Assembly (NCBI GenBank): GCA_046757165.1
Contig: JBHHXT010000043.1
Span: 1 to 29,723 of the forward strand
Direction: 5' to 3'
Length of the DNA: 29,723 nucleotides
Origin: a bacterium
Lineage (GTDB): Bacteria > Zhuqueibacterota > Zhuqueibacteria > Oceanimicrobiales > Oceanimicrobiaceae
Positions 17,899-27,025 of the stretch are shown here, one piece after another. The notes under the pieces are model-generated. The model was not told the origin of the DNA. It saw only the letters and a program-made list of their open reading frames with translations, and searched no databases. Numbering within the stretch: the first letter of the stretch is position 1; each line of letters opens with the position of its first letter. The position numbers and the translations under genes are program-made.

Positions 17899-18801
17899 AT
17901 GCCATCATTCTCCTCCATCGACGATATCCAGACTGCACTCCAAAAAGAGCATTACATCACGGACCGGAGTCTATCCACCACCATTTTTCTGGCGCTGAAA
18001 ATGGGCCGCCCGGTTTTTCTCGAGGGCGAGGCCGGTGTCGGCAAAACAGAGGTGGCGAAAGTCCTGACCACGATATTGAAGACCAAGCTCATCCGGCTGC
18101 AGTGCTACGAAGGGTTGGATGTGCATAGCGCGGTTTACGAGTGGAACTACGCCCGTCAGATGTTGCACATCCGCATGCTGGAAGCTGCCGGGAAACGTGA
18201 TGAGAAGCAGATCTTGCACGAGATCTTCGGCAAGGAGTTCCTGATCGAGCGACCGTTGCTGCAGGCCGTGAGCGCCTCCGGTAAAGCCCCGCCGGTGCTG
18301 CTCATCGATGAGCTCGACCGCGCCGACGAAGAGTTCGAGGCCTTCTTGCTGGAGCTGCTGTCCGATTTTCAAGTGACCGTGCCTGAGATCGGCACCATCA
18401 AAGCGAAGCAGCCGCCAGTGGTCATCATCACCTCCAACCGCACGCGCGAAATCCACGACGCGCTGAAACGGCGCTGCCTCTATTTTTGGATCGATTACCC
18501 TTCTGCCGAAAAGGAGTACCAGATCGTGATGGCCAGGATACCGGACATTGCCGAGCACATCGCTCAGGAGATTGTGGCGTTCGTGCAGGAGCTGCGCACG
18601 ATGGACCTGTACAAGCTTCCGGGAGTTGCAGAAACATTGGACTGGTCGACGGCGCTGGTTACCCTGTCACAGAGTGAGCTGACGCCAGGGGTTGTGGATG
18701 ACACGTTGGGAACGCTGCTCAAATACCAGGATGACATCGCCAGGGTCAAAGGCCCGGAAGCAGCGCGGATTATTGAAAAAGTGGTGGTTGCGAATCGTTA
18801 G
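17899..18801 (+). CDS. coxD: MoxR-family AAA+ ATPase, CoxD type
   Basis: Walker A GEAGVGKT, RLQCYEGLD, Walker B LLIDELDR, TSNRTREIHDALKRRC, PGVAETLDW. Confidence 0.9.
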   Translation: MPSFSSIDDIQTALQKEHYITDRSLSTTIFLALKMGRPVFLEGEAGVGKTEVAKVLTTILKTKLIRLQCYEGLDVHSAVYEWNYARQMLHIRMLEAAGKRDEKQILHEIFGKEFLIERPLLQAVSASGKAPPVLLIDELDRADEEFEAFLLELLSDFQVTVPEIGTIKAKQPPVVIITSNRTREIHDALKRRCLYFWIDYPSAEKEYQIVMARIPDIAEHIAQEIVAFVQELRTMDLYKLPGVAETLDWSTALVTLSQSELTPGVVDDTLGTLLKYQDDIARVKGPEAARIIEKVVVANR

Positions 18802-18842
18802 CCGATGGACGTCATTGCGGAGGGCTGATCTAGCTTTGCTAG

Positions 18843-19427
18843 CTAAGAGAACACGCGCCGGTAAATCTGAGCCAATGTGAGTTCGCACTCGATAGATTTG
18901 AGCTCGAGGCGGTCACCTGTATTCCTGTGAAGCACGACTTTCCATTCCTCATCATCCGTACGGATGAAATGGTCCACACGAATGGTGTCCTGCTTGATGA
19001 TGACATACTCTTTTAGGCTCTCTAACGCCAAATAAAAACTCTCTTTCTCTCTCCGATCGTACAATTCCGTCGACGGGGACGTGACTTCAAAGACGACTGT
19101 CGGGTTCAAAATCATATCCTCACGGATTTTGTCGTCTCGAGTCTTGTAGAAAACGGGCTCACCACAATAAACAAGCACATCGGGATAAACTGTTTTGTGC
19201 TCATTGATCCAGACTTTGAGCTGGCCTGGTGACACGTGACACTTTTCGCTAAGATTCAGATCTAGCTCCCGGGATGTATTCATGATTGTCCGACTGTGGC
19301 GGTGCGTCCCGGACATCAGACAAATTCGACCCTCGTGATACTCGTAGCGCCCCCCCAGAGAGTCTTCGATCTCGAGATACTCTTCAAAGGTATAGAGTCT
19401 ATCTTCTTTTAACGCAGGTAGTCCCAT
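18843..19427 (-). CDS. Uma2-family endonuclease-fold protein
   Basis: YTFEEYL, RYEYHEG, YPDVLVYC, PTVVFEVTSPSTELYDRREK, LKEYVII. Confidence 0.9.
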   Translation of the reverse strand: MGLPALKEDRLYTFEEYLEIEDSLGGRYEYHEGRICLMSGTHRHSRTIMNTSRELDLNLSEKCHVSPGQLKVWINEHKTVYPDVLVYCGEPVFYKTRDDKIREDMILNPTVVFEVTSPSTELYDRREKESFYLALESLKEYVIIKQDTIRVDHFIRTDDEEWKVVLHRNTGDRLELKSIECELTLAQIYRRVFS

Positions 19428-19745
19428 TGTACTTCCCGGTCACTTACTTTGAACTGAATTCTAAAAAATAAACTTAAGCATTCATTGAATAAACTGCAAC
19501 CCAAAATCGTTGTTGTTTGAATCTCCCCCCATAGTTAATTCAAGCCTGATTCAACACGGTTTGCAAGCGTGTCTTGGTTGCAAATCCGGGAGATATACAC
19601 AGTTGCAAACTGTGTAGGATCACTATTTCTCCATTCTTTGCACATCTCAAAAAGAACTGTTAGGGACATCCAGAAAACCGTCATTGCGGCAACGCAAGGA
19701 AAAGTGTCCAGCGTCAAAATCCCTGGCAGAGCGGCGGGCTTTGTC

Positions 19746-19774
19746 TTGCATCTTATGGCTGACGGAAGTATATT
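19746..19774 (+). promoter_or_regulatory. Candidate sigma-70 promoter for coxE
   Basis: TTGCAT-N17-TATATT. Confidence 0.45.
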
Positions 19775-19884
19775 TGTACCGAGACTCTTAGCTAGTCGCT
19801 ATTGGCCTCGAGCTTGAAGACAAAGCATGCCTTCAACGCTTCTGGCGCGCTGTGTAATCTGAATTCGGAGGTCTGAAGCGTCCC

Positions 19885-21048
19885 GTGGATTCCAATCAGT
19901 TCACCCATCACATCATTTCCTTTGGTCGCGTCCTGCGCCGCGCTGGTCTCTCCGTCGGGACCAGCCAGATGATGGATGCGCTGCTGGCTTTGAAACACAT
20001 CGGCATCCGCAACCGGCGCGATGTCTACCAGGCGTTCTACAGCATTTTTGTCACCCGCCATGACCAGGTGGAGCTGTTCGATCAGGCGTTTTATCTGTTT
20101 TTTCGGGCCCCTTCAATGTTGCCGCGGATGATGGGCTTGATGCTGCCCCGCCTCGATTTGCCCGAAAACATGCAATCGAAGACCTCGCCGCGGGTTCAGC
20201 AGGCCCTGGCTGAGGAACTGGGCACGAAGCCGCAGACCCGGCCAGAGCGACGAAACGAAGAGAAAGAGGCCATCGACCTGGTCCTGACGTACAGCGCCGT
20301 GGAGGTGCTGCGCAAGAAGGACTTTGCGGCTTTCAGCGCGGAGGAGCTTCTGGTGGTCAAGCAGATGCTGGCCGGGATGGATTGGTCAATTGCGCGCCAA
20401 CGCCGTCGACGGTTCACCACAGAGAAGGGGCGCTATCTGGACCTGCGTCGCACCATCCGCGAGGGGCTGCGGCACCACGGTGAATGGACTGTCTTGAAGA
20501 CCCGGGCGCCGGACAGCAAGGCGCGCGATGTGGCGATCCTTTGCGACATCAGTGGCTCGATGGAGCGCTACTCCCGCATGTTGCTCCATTTCATGCATGC
20601 CTTCTCGACCAGCGAGCATAAGGTGGAAACCTTTGTTTTCGGCACCCGGCTGACGCGCATCACCCGCACCCTGCGGCACCGCGACATCGACGACGCTGTG
20701 GCTTCCGTTTCAAAAGTGGTCAACGACTGGGCGGGCGGCACACGCATCGGCGAGGCGATCAAGGTCTTCAACTTTGTCTGGGCGCGCCGTGTGCTGCGCA
20801 GCGGCGCCGTGGTCTTGATCATCAGCGATGGCTGGGACCGGGGCGACATTCCCCTGCTCGAACGAGAAATGGCCCGCCTGGCCCGCAGTTGCACCCGGCT
20901 GATCTGGCTCAATCCTCTGCTGGGCTACCAGGATTATGAACCGCTGACGCGGGGCATCAAGACCTCGTTGCCGTACATCGATGACTTTTTGCCCGTGCAC
21001 AATCTGGAGTCGTTAGAGCAAATCGGAAGACTCCTCGCGGCGCTCTGA
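19885..21048 (+). CDS. coxE: VWA-domain protein, CoxE type
   Basis: FGRVLRRAGL, MIDAS DISGSMERYS, FGTRLTRIT, WAGGTRIG, ISDGWD, WLNPL; GGAGG RBS before GTG. Confidence 0.9.
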   Translation: MDSNQFTHHIISFGRVLRRAGLSVGTSQMMDALLALKHIGIRNRRDVYQAFYSIFVTRHDQVELFDQAFYLFFRAPSMLPRMMGLMLPRLDLPENMQSKTSPRVQQALAEELGTKPQTRPERRNEEKEAIDLVLTYSAVEVLRKKDFAAFSAEELLVVKQMLAGMDWSIARQRRRRFTTEKGRYLDLRRTIREGLRHHGEWTVLKTRAPDSKARDVAILCDISGSMERYSRMLLHFMHAFSTSEHKVETFVFGTRLTRITRTLRHRDIDDAVASVSKVVNDWAGGTRIGEAIKVFNFVWARRVLRSGAVVLIISDGWDRGDIPLLEREMARLARSCTRLIWLNPLLGYQDYEPLTRGIKTSLPYIDDFLPVHNLESLEQIGRLLAAL

Positions 21049-21100
21049 GGTTTCTTCGCCTGGTCCTCAAGAAGTGGGTTCGTAGGAGATGTATGGGAAT

Positions 21101-21178
21101 CAAAGTCCCGCTAGGGACGACATATTTATAGCAACGACGCCACCCCAACTCATCCAAGCCCCGTCAGGGGCGAAATAG
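21101..21178. repeat. REP-like hairpin pair between convergent genes
   Basis: GTCCC-GCTA-GGGAC (21105-21118) and GCCCC-GTCA-GGGGC (21158-21171), each followed by GA(C/A)AT. Confidence 0.55.
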
Positions 21179-21286
21179 AAATAGCAAGAACGTTGGGCGG
21201 CCGCCTTCACACAACCCGCACGCTGTTTCGGATTTTCTTTTTTCGAATTTGGGATTTCCTTTTCGCGGCTTCGTCCGCGAAAAGGC

Positions 21287-22429
21287 TTAGAGTCTCTCTG
21301 ATTTTTCACCTTCCGGCACACCCTTGCCGGGGTCCGAATTCTGTGCCAAATCCAGCGTCGTCTTGAACTCCATACTGTAGATGTCCAGAATCGTCAGGAA
21401 GAAAACCGCGATCACCGGCCCGACGATAAACCCCATGATGCCGAAGACGCTGATGCCGCCAAGGGTGGAGAAGAAAATCATCAAATCGTGCATGCCGGCC
21501 TCCCGGCCGACCAGGCGCGGGCGCAGCAGGGTGTCAACATTGGCGATCACCACGACCGTCACCACAATGATCACGATGCCGGGCCAGATGTTGCCGATCA
21601 GCAGTTGAATGAGCGCCGCAGGGTAGAGCACCAGCCAGGCGCCGACCAGTGGAATGACCGACAGAATCACCATGACCACGGCCCACAATACGGGCGAGCC
21701 CACGCCACAAATCCACAAAGTCAACCCCCCAAGCGTTCCCTGCGCCAGGCCGATGAGCAGCGTGCCGCGGATGGTCGCACGCGAGACCGAGACGAAGCGG
21801 GTGATCAACCGCTCTTCGTAGGCGTCATCGAGCGGACTGAGATATTTGAAGCGCTCCACCAGGTGGTGCCCATCGCGGAAAAAGTAAAACATGGTGAACA
21901 GCGTGATGAACAAGTCCGTGATGATGTGAAACGTCCCTTTCGAGGTCTTGTTGACGACCTTGGTCAGAATGCTTCCCAGATTCTTGGCGACGTCTTGCAA
22001 GGAGGACTGCCACTCCAGCTTGTCCATGTCGAGATGTTCGAACAGCGGAAATCTCTTAATATCGCCCAGCAACCCCTCGTCGCCCTGTTCGATGACTCCC
22101 TGAACCTTCGGCACGGCCGAGTGAAAGAGATCGATCCCCTCTTGCGAAACAAGGTGCGCAACAAAGTAGATTGGAATCAGCATGCCGAGCAACAAAATCA
22201 CACAGCAGGTGGCTGCGCTCAGGGACGCCCTGCCCCGAAAGGCCTTGTTCAGATACTCGAAAAGCGGATAGAACAACGAGGTAAAGACAGCCGCCAACAA
22301 GATTGGGATGAGAAAAATCTTGATGACGTTAAAGAACAGAATGGATATCAGCAACAGCAGCAGCAGCAGATACGTGCGGCTGAATTTTTCAGCGTAGAGT
22401 TTTTGCTTTGTTTTGTTGCGGCTAAGCAT
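21287..22429 (-). CDS. AI-2E (PerM/YhhT/YdiK) family transporter
   Basis: Multiple TM helices; MFYFFRDG, IPLVGA, DTLLRPRLVG, STLGGISVFGIMGFIVGP. Confidence 0.9.
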   Translation of the reverse strand: MLSRNKTKQKLYAEKFSRTYLLLLLLLISILFFNVIKIFLIPILLAAVFTSLFYPLFEYLNKAFRGRASLSAATCCVILLLGMLIPIYFVAHLVSQEGIDLFHSAVPKVQGVIEQGDEGLLGDIKRFPLFEHLDMDKLEWQSSLQDVAKNLGSILTKVVNKTSKGTFHIITDLFITLFTMFYFFRDGHHLVERFKYLSPLDDAYEERLITRFVSVSRATIRGTLLIGLAQGTLGGLTLWICGVGSPVLWAVVMVILSVIPLVGAWLVLYPAALIQLLIGNIWPGIVIIVVTVVVIANVDTLLRPRLVGREAGMHDLMIFFSTLGGISVFGIMGFIVGPVIAVFFLTILDIYSMEFKTTLDLAQNSDPGKGVPEGEKSERL

Positions 22430-22515
22430 TGAACGGTTGCCCCTGGTTTTTGCCAGAATGTAACAGAAAAAAAATGATGATCAACTAAAAAAGGCTTTAC
22501 ACGTTTTTTCCGTGC

Positions 22516-22548
22516 ACCCTTGCGAAGGTTTCGAACCTTCGCAAGGGT
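22516..22548. repeat. Perfect 15-bp hairpin (REP-like or terminator)
   Basis: ACCCTTGCGAAGGTT-TCG-AACCTTCGCAAGGGT. Confidence 0.75.
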
Positions 22549-22796
22549 TTAGCTAGATGGCAAACAAAAGCTTCACACGTTTTTGCGCGTGAAGCTGTGG
22601 GGAAGGATAGATCGAGTCTTGAACGCCTGGCCAGTACTACATTGCAAGATTTGGCGTAACTTGACAAATAACCGATCCTACACGGTCTTTGACCGTGTAT
22701 TCTGAGGCCCAGGATGCCGGCCAACATACGAAAACACAGTCAGAGCCTGTGTCGGAACCTGTTGCTAGTAAATAGGACTATTGATGCAAGGAAGTG

Positions 22797-23855
22797 CTAG
22801 GCGATGGTCACCTCTTTGCTCAGATAGACATCCTGAATGGCATTGAGAAGCGTCACACCTTCCTGCATCGGCTTCTGAAACGCCTTTCTCCCGGAGATGA
22901 CGCCGACCCCGCCGGCCCGTTTGTTGATCACCGCGGTTTTGACGGCCTGCTGCAAATCGTTCTTGCCGGAGGGCCCGCCGGAGTTGAGCAACCCGATCCT
23001 GCCCATGTAGCAATTTGCGACCTGATAGCGGGTCAAATCGATCGGGTGGTCGGAGGTGAGTTTTTCGTACACCAGCGGATGGGTTTTACCGAAGTTGATA
23101 GCTGTGAAGCCGCCATTGCTATCGGGCTGCTTTTGTTTGACAATGTCCGCTTCGATGGTCACGCCCAGGTGGTTGGCCTGTCCGGTCAAATCGGCGGCGG
23201 CGTGGTAATCCTTGCCATCTTTCTTGAACGCTGAATTGCGCAGATAGCACCAGAGCACCGTGTACAGGCCAAGCTGATGGGCTTGCTCGAATGCCTCGGC
23301 GACCTCCTGTAACTGCCGGCGGGCTTCAGTGGAGCCATAGTAGATGGTGGCGCCAACCGCAGCCGCGCCCATATCGTACGCTTGATTGACACTGGCATAG
23401 AGGGTCTGGTCGTACATGTTCGGATAGGTGAGCAGATCGTTGTGGTTGATCTTGACGATGAACGGAATCTTGTGCGCATACTTGCGCGACACCAGACCGA
23501 GAACGCCGAGCGTCGAGGCCACGGCGTTGCACCCGCCCTCGATGGCCAATTTCACGATATTTTCCGGATCAAAATAGATGGGGTTGGGCGCAAAGGAGGC
23601 GCCGGCCGAATGCTCGATGCCCTGGTCGACGGGGAGTATCGAGAGGTGGCCGGTTCCGGCCAGCCGGCCGTGGTTGAACGTGCTTTGCAGGTTGCGCAAC
23701 ACCTGGGTGGAGCGATCTGAATGGACGTAAACTCGGTCCACAAAATCAGGGCCCGGGAGATGAAGCTGCTCTTTGGGAATGGTCGTGCTCTTGTGCTCCA
23801 AGAGTTCTGGCGCTTCATCCCCAAGCAAGTCCGTAACATTCTTGTACTCTGCCAT
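22797..23855 (-). CDS. fbaB: Class I fructose-bisphosphate aldolase (DhnA/FbaB type)
   Basis: [33 protein letters not shown] (Schiff-base Lys), [18 protein letters not shown]. Confidence 0.95.
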   Translation of the reverse strand: MAEYKNVTDLLGDEAPELLEHKSTTIPKEQLHLPGPDFVDRVYVHSDRSTQVLRNLQSTFNHGRLAGTGHLSILPVDQGIEHSAGASFAPNPIYFDPENIVKLAIEGGCNAVASTLGVLGLVSRKYAHKIPFIVKINHNDLLTYPNMYDQTLYASVNQAYDMGAAAVGATIYYGSTEARRQLQEVAEAFEQAHQLGLYTVLWCYLRNSAFKKDGKDYHAAADLTGQANHLGVTIEADIVKQKQPDSNGGFTAINFGKTHPLVYEKLTSDHPIDLTRYQVANCYMGRIGLLNSGGPSGKNDLQQAVKTAVINKRAGGVGVISGRKAFQKPMQEGVTLLNAIQDVYLSKEVTIA

Positions 23856-23899
23856 GTCTATTCTCTCCAGCTTTTTGGGGTTCGAGGAAGATGAATTAA

Positions 23900-23928
23900 A
23901 AAATAATGAAATCGGAGGGTTGTGTCAA
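23900..23928 (-). promoter_or_regulatory. Candidate sigma-70 promoter for fbaB
   Basis: On the minus strand TTGACA-N17-TATTTT. Confidence 0.55.
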
Positions 23929-24062
23929 GATATTATTGGGCTCGTGAATGAAAATTAATTGAAAAGCAGCGCTTTTCAGAGCTATATCCACTAACCCGAG
24001 GAATAGCGTAAAAGGAGCTCAACGTTTGGAAAGAAGGAGCAATGGGCAGGACTCGGTGCAGA

Positions 24063-24644
24063 TCAGGTTGAAAGATACCCCTTCGTTTTGGCATATCTGG
24101 CCAGGAACTTCTGTAACAACTTCCGTCCGCGGTGCAGGCGCGACATGACCGTCCCGAGCGGATGCTCGACGATTTGGGCGATCTCTTTGTAACTCAACCC
24201 CTCCACGTCTGCCAGCAGGACAACCATGCGGTACTCTTCGGGCAACCTGTCGATGGCTGAGCTGATCTCATCGTCGAACAGGTCGTCGTAGTCGTACTGG
24301 TTGTTTCGGTCGTCCAGCCGTTCCCAGAAGGTCGCTCCTTCCTCAGCCAGCTTGTAGGAGACATTCTCGATTTCAATTTGCATCGGCTGTTTCTTCTTCT
24401 TGCGATACACATTGATAAAGTTGTTGGTCAGGATGCGGAGGATCCAGGCGCGGAAATTCGTCCCCCGGTCGAATTTATGGAAATAGCGCACGGCTTTCAG
24501 GGCGGTATCTTGCACCAGGTCTTCGGCGTCCAACTGGTTTCGAGTCATGCGTAAGGCCATGGAGTACATACTGTTGAGGTTCTCCATGAACAAAGTTCGA
24601 AACTCGGCTTCCTGGTTTTCTGTCTGTGAGAAAAAGAACTTCAT
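24063..24644 (-). CDS. ECF sigma-70 factor (SigH/RpoE-like)
   Basis: DAEDLVQDT, GTNFRAWILRILTNNFIN (region 2); LPEEYR, SYKEIA, GTVMSRLHRGR (region 4). Confidence 0.93.
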   Translation of the reverse strand: MKFFFSQTENQEAEFRTLFMENLNSMYSMALRMTRNQLDAEDLVQDTALKAVRYFHKFDRGTNFRAWILRILTNNFINVYRKKKKQPMQIEIENVSYKLAEEGATFWERLDDRNNQYDYDDLFDDEISSAIDRLPEEYRMVVLLADVEGLSYKEIAQIVEHPLGTVMSRLHRGRKLLQKFLARYAKTKGYLST

Positions 24645-24656
24645 AAATACCTCAGA

Positions 24657-25268
24657 CTATTGATTCAAGCAGATACCTTGAAACAAGGCATGCTTGAGGG
24701 AAGTGAGTTGCTTGTCGTAAATGCCGGGATCACCATTGAGCAAAGCGAGTAGATTGGCTCCCATAATGTTGCTCAAGATGATCGCCGCCACGGAATGGGT
24801 GTCTACGTTGGGTTTGAAGATTCCGGCGACTTTGCCCTCGTCGATGATCTCTTCCAGAGTCGCCCACCATTCTTTGAAGATTTGCCTGAGACGCTGGGAG
24901 AAGGTGTCGTGCACTTCGATCATTTCGGTCGCAAGCGTCAGAAGTAAGATCGTCGGCCGAATGCATTCGGGTGTGCTGTAGCAATCTCCAGGGGAGGAGA
25001 GCATGATTTCGATCTTCTCTTTCGCATCCTTCCCTCTTTGCATTCTTGGGAACAGCTCCTGCCGCCAGTATGCCTCCAACGACTCGATGACTGCCAACCC
25101 CAGCTCTTCCTTACTCTTGAAATGAAAATAAAAGCCACCTTTGGCCAGCCCCGTCGCTGTCAGGATTTGGGCCAGACTGGTGTGGTTGTAGCCATTTCTG
25201 GTGAACAAGATCGCAGCCTTGTTGATGATGAGCTGCCGGGTGGTATGGCCTCTTTTGGTTTTTATCAT
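24657..25268 (-). CDS. TetR/AcrR-family transcriptional regulator
   Basis: LFTRNGYNHTSLAQI...GLAKGGFYFHFKSKEEL helix-turn-helix. Confidence 0.92.
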   Translation of the reverse strand: MIKTKRGHTTRQLIINKAAILFTRNGYNHTSLAQILTATGLAKGGFYFHFKSKEELGLAVIESLEAYWRQELFPRMQRGKDAKEKIEIMLSSPGDCYSTPECIRPTILLLTLATEMIEVHDTFSQRLRQIFKEWWATLEEIIDEGKVAGIFKPNVDTHSVAAIILSNIMGANLLALLNGDPGIYDKQLTSLKHALFQGICLNQ

Positions 25269-25291
25269 AGCAATCAGTCCTTAGATTACAT

Positions 25292-25305
25292 ACCGACCAG
25301 TCGGT
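25292..25305. promoter_or_regulatory. Probable TetR operator
   Basis: Palindrome ACCGAC-CA-GTCGGT 23 nt upstream of the tetR start codon. Confidence 0.7.
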
Positions 25306-25481
25306 CTTTTAGTTTCGCTTTTTTTGAAAATAGTCAAAAATACTTTTGTCACGCCCTTCACTTCCATGACATTTTTTACATCTGCTTTATGATTTCCGCA
25401 TCGCAGTCGAAGTATAAATCTGTCAAAATGGTTGTTGGGACATTGGATCTGGCACCCTGGACCAAACGGAAATATGTGAGG

Positions 25482-26912
25482 ATGAATATGATGAGAAAGA
25501 AGAAATCCCTGAGTACATCGATACTGTGCGGCCTGATGCTGGTGGCGTTTGTCATGGCCGATTCTGAGACCCGGGCGCTGCAGCAGCAATCTTCCAGGCT
25601 GTTGGCCCTCATCGGTCAGAAATGCACGGTAACTTTGAAAAAGGGTGATCTGGTCTCTGGAACGCTGTGGGACTATGGCGATGATTTCGTTGCCTTGAAA
25701 GTGAAGAAAGGCCCTCTGTTCTCGAAGACTGAAAGATTTGAGTTTTCAGAAATCAAGTACATAGATGACGCCTTTGGGAACCGTATCGACTTCACCCCCT
25801 CAGATGTCACCAGACCCGCCGAAGGCAAGAAGAGCCCGACGACCATCTACTTTAGCACCGATGATACAGACGTGCCGGAATCCGCAGCCAAGACCTCTGA
25901 GAACGAGAAGAAGACCGTGCAAACGCGTTCCACACCGACGGATGATCGGCAACCGCGCGCTCTTGGGCGGCAGAGACCCGAGACAAAACAGAGGTCAGCG
26001 CCCGGGATGACACAAACGAGCACGCCTCGTCCGAGCAAGGAGAAGGACGCGAAGCGGTCCGCAAACCCTGCGGTGAAAAGGGCCATCCGTCACAAAACGC
26101 CACGCGCTCAGCTGCCCAAATCCCCGGTCGCATCGGATTCAAAATCGAAAACGCCCGGTGAGAAGTTTGAGAAAATTGTACAGAACCTTCAGAAACCCAC
26201 AGCAGGGAAGCCCAAGAAAGGGGTACAAAAGGTCGCCACGATTGAGCTGGAATCTTATCAGGCGGCATACAAGCGACTCCGGGTGCTGAGGTATCAGACG
26301 ATGGTGCTTTTTTGCGTGCTGGTTGTGATCGCAGGGCTGATGATTTTTTCGAAAATGGCAGGCCTGAAAGCTTCGGCTTACGGCAAGTACTCGCTGTTCC
26401 CCTCAAAGCTGGTCAAGATGAACGGCCGGTATGGCATCATTGACCAGGGGATTGCGGACGGCGTCAAGGTGGATGACATCATACGCCTCTATCGCAAAAC
26501 GGGCCAGAAGATCGTCTACCGCGGCAAGGTGCAGGTGAAAAAGGTCGCAGAGCACTATTCGGCCGTCGAGGTCATCAGTAAGCGGCCGGATGCCAGACTG
26601 CGGGTGGGGGACGTGGGATTCCGGGAGCGCAATTTCATTTTCAATTTCTTCAAACGGCTTCGAATCCTGACGAGCGCCGGTTTGAACAGTCTGGGCAAAG
26701 GCTTGCTTTACACCGCCCAGAATATCGAAGTAAAGGAAGAAATTGTGAAGATCGACCTCGAGCAGGAAGCGCAGGTTGAAACGACCAGTCCACCCAAGAG
26801 ATCGGTGCGCAAAGTCTCAGCGAAATCGACCCCTAGAGCGCCAAAGAAAGGAAGGGCGGAGACAAGCGCCAACTCCAAGGGCCGCAAACCCGTCGGGTTT
26901 GGTCTGGATTGA
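25482..26912 (+). CDS. Hypothetical membrane protein: signal/TM, small beta-barrel-like domain, K/P/S/T-rich linker, TM helix, FlgT-C-like domain
   Basis: GAGG before the ATG cluster 25482-25491; hydrophobic segments ILCGLMLVAFVMA and MVLFCVLVVIAGLMIF; IIDQGIADGVKVDD...GKVQVKKV pattern. Confidence 0.65.
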   Translation: MNMMRKKKSLSTSILCGLMLVAFVMADSETRALQQQSSRLLALIGQKCTVTLKKGDLVSGTLWDYGDDFVALKVKKGPLFSKTERFEFSEIKYIDDAFGNRIDFTPSDVTRPAEGKKSPTTIYFSTDDTDVPESAAKTSENEKKTVQTRSTPTDDRQPRALGRQRPETKQRSAPGMTQTSTPRPSKEKDAKRSANPAVKRAIRHKTPRAQLPKSPVASDSKSKTPGEKFEKIVQNLQKPTAGKPKKGVQKVATIELESYQAAYKRLRVLRYQTMVLFCVLVVIAGLMIFSKMAGLKASAYGKYSLFPSKLVKMNGRYGIIDQGIADGVKVDDIIRLYRKTGQKIVYRGKVQVKKVAEHYSAVEVISKRPDARLRVGDVGFRERNFIFNFFKRLRILTSAGLNSLGKGLLYTAQNIEVKEEIVKIDLEQEAQVETTSPPKRSVRKVSAKSTPRAPKKGRAETSANSKGRKPVGFGLD

Positions 26913-26945
26913 CGCCTGCATCGAGTGCACCGACCCTCGATAACG

Positions 26946-26977
26946 ACCGCCAAAGGTTTGCTTTTGGCGGTTTTTTT
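26946..26977 (+). terminator. Rho-independent terminator
   Basis: ACCGCCAAA-GGTTTGCT-TTTGGCGGT hairpin followed by a T tract. Confidence 0.7.
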
Positions 26978-27025
26978 ATTTATCTTTCAAGGTTCAGCCT
27001 TAACGGAAACGGGAGGGAAAATCGC

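Noticed and set aside
19430..19880. Small ORFs or ncRNA between Uma2 and coxE (hairpin TACACAGTT-GCA-AACTGTGTA near 19596-19616)
   Set aside because: No recognisable protein or RNA family motif; a single hairpin is insufficient
21488..22432. 314-aa plus-strand ORF
   Set aside because: Antisense shadow of the AI-2E transporter gene
25038..25481. N-terminal extension of the 624-aa ORF
   Set aside because: Overlaps tetR and its operator on the opposite strand; the signal-like helix and RBS point to a start at 25482-25491
26909..27025. N-terminal extension of SelB
   Set aside because: Runs through a terminator hairpin; homology and the RBS begin at TTG 27026
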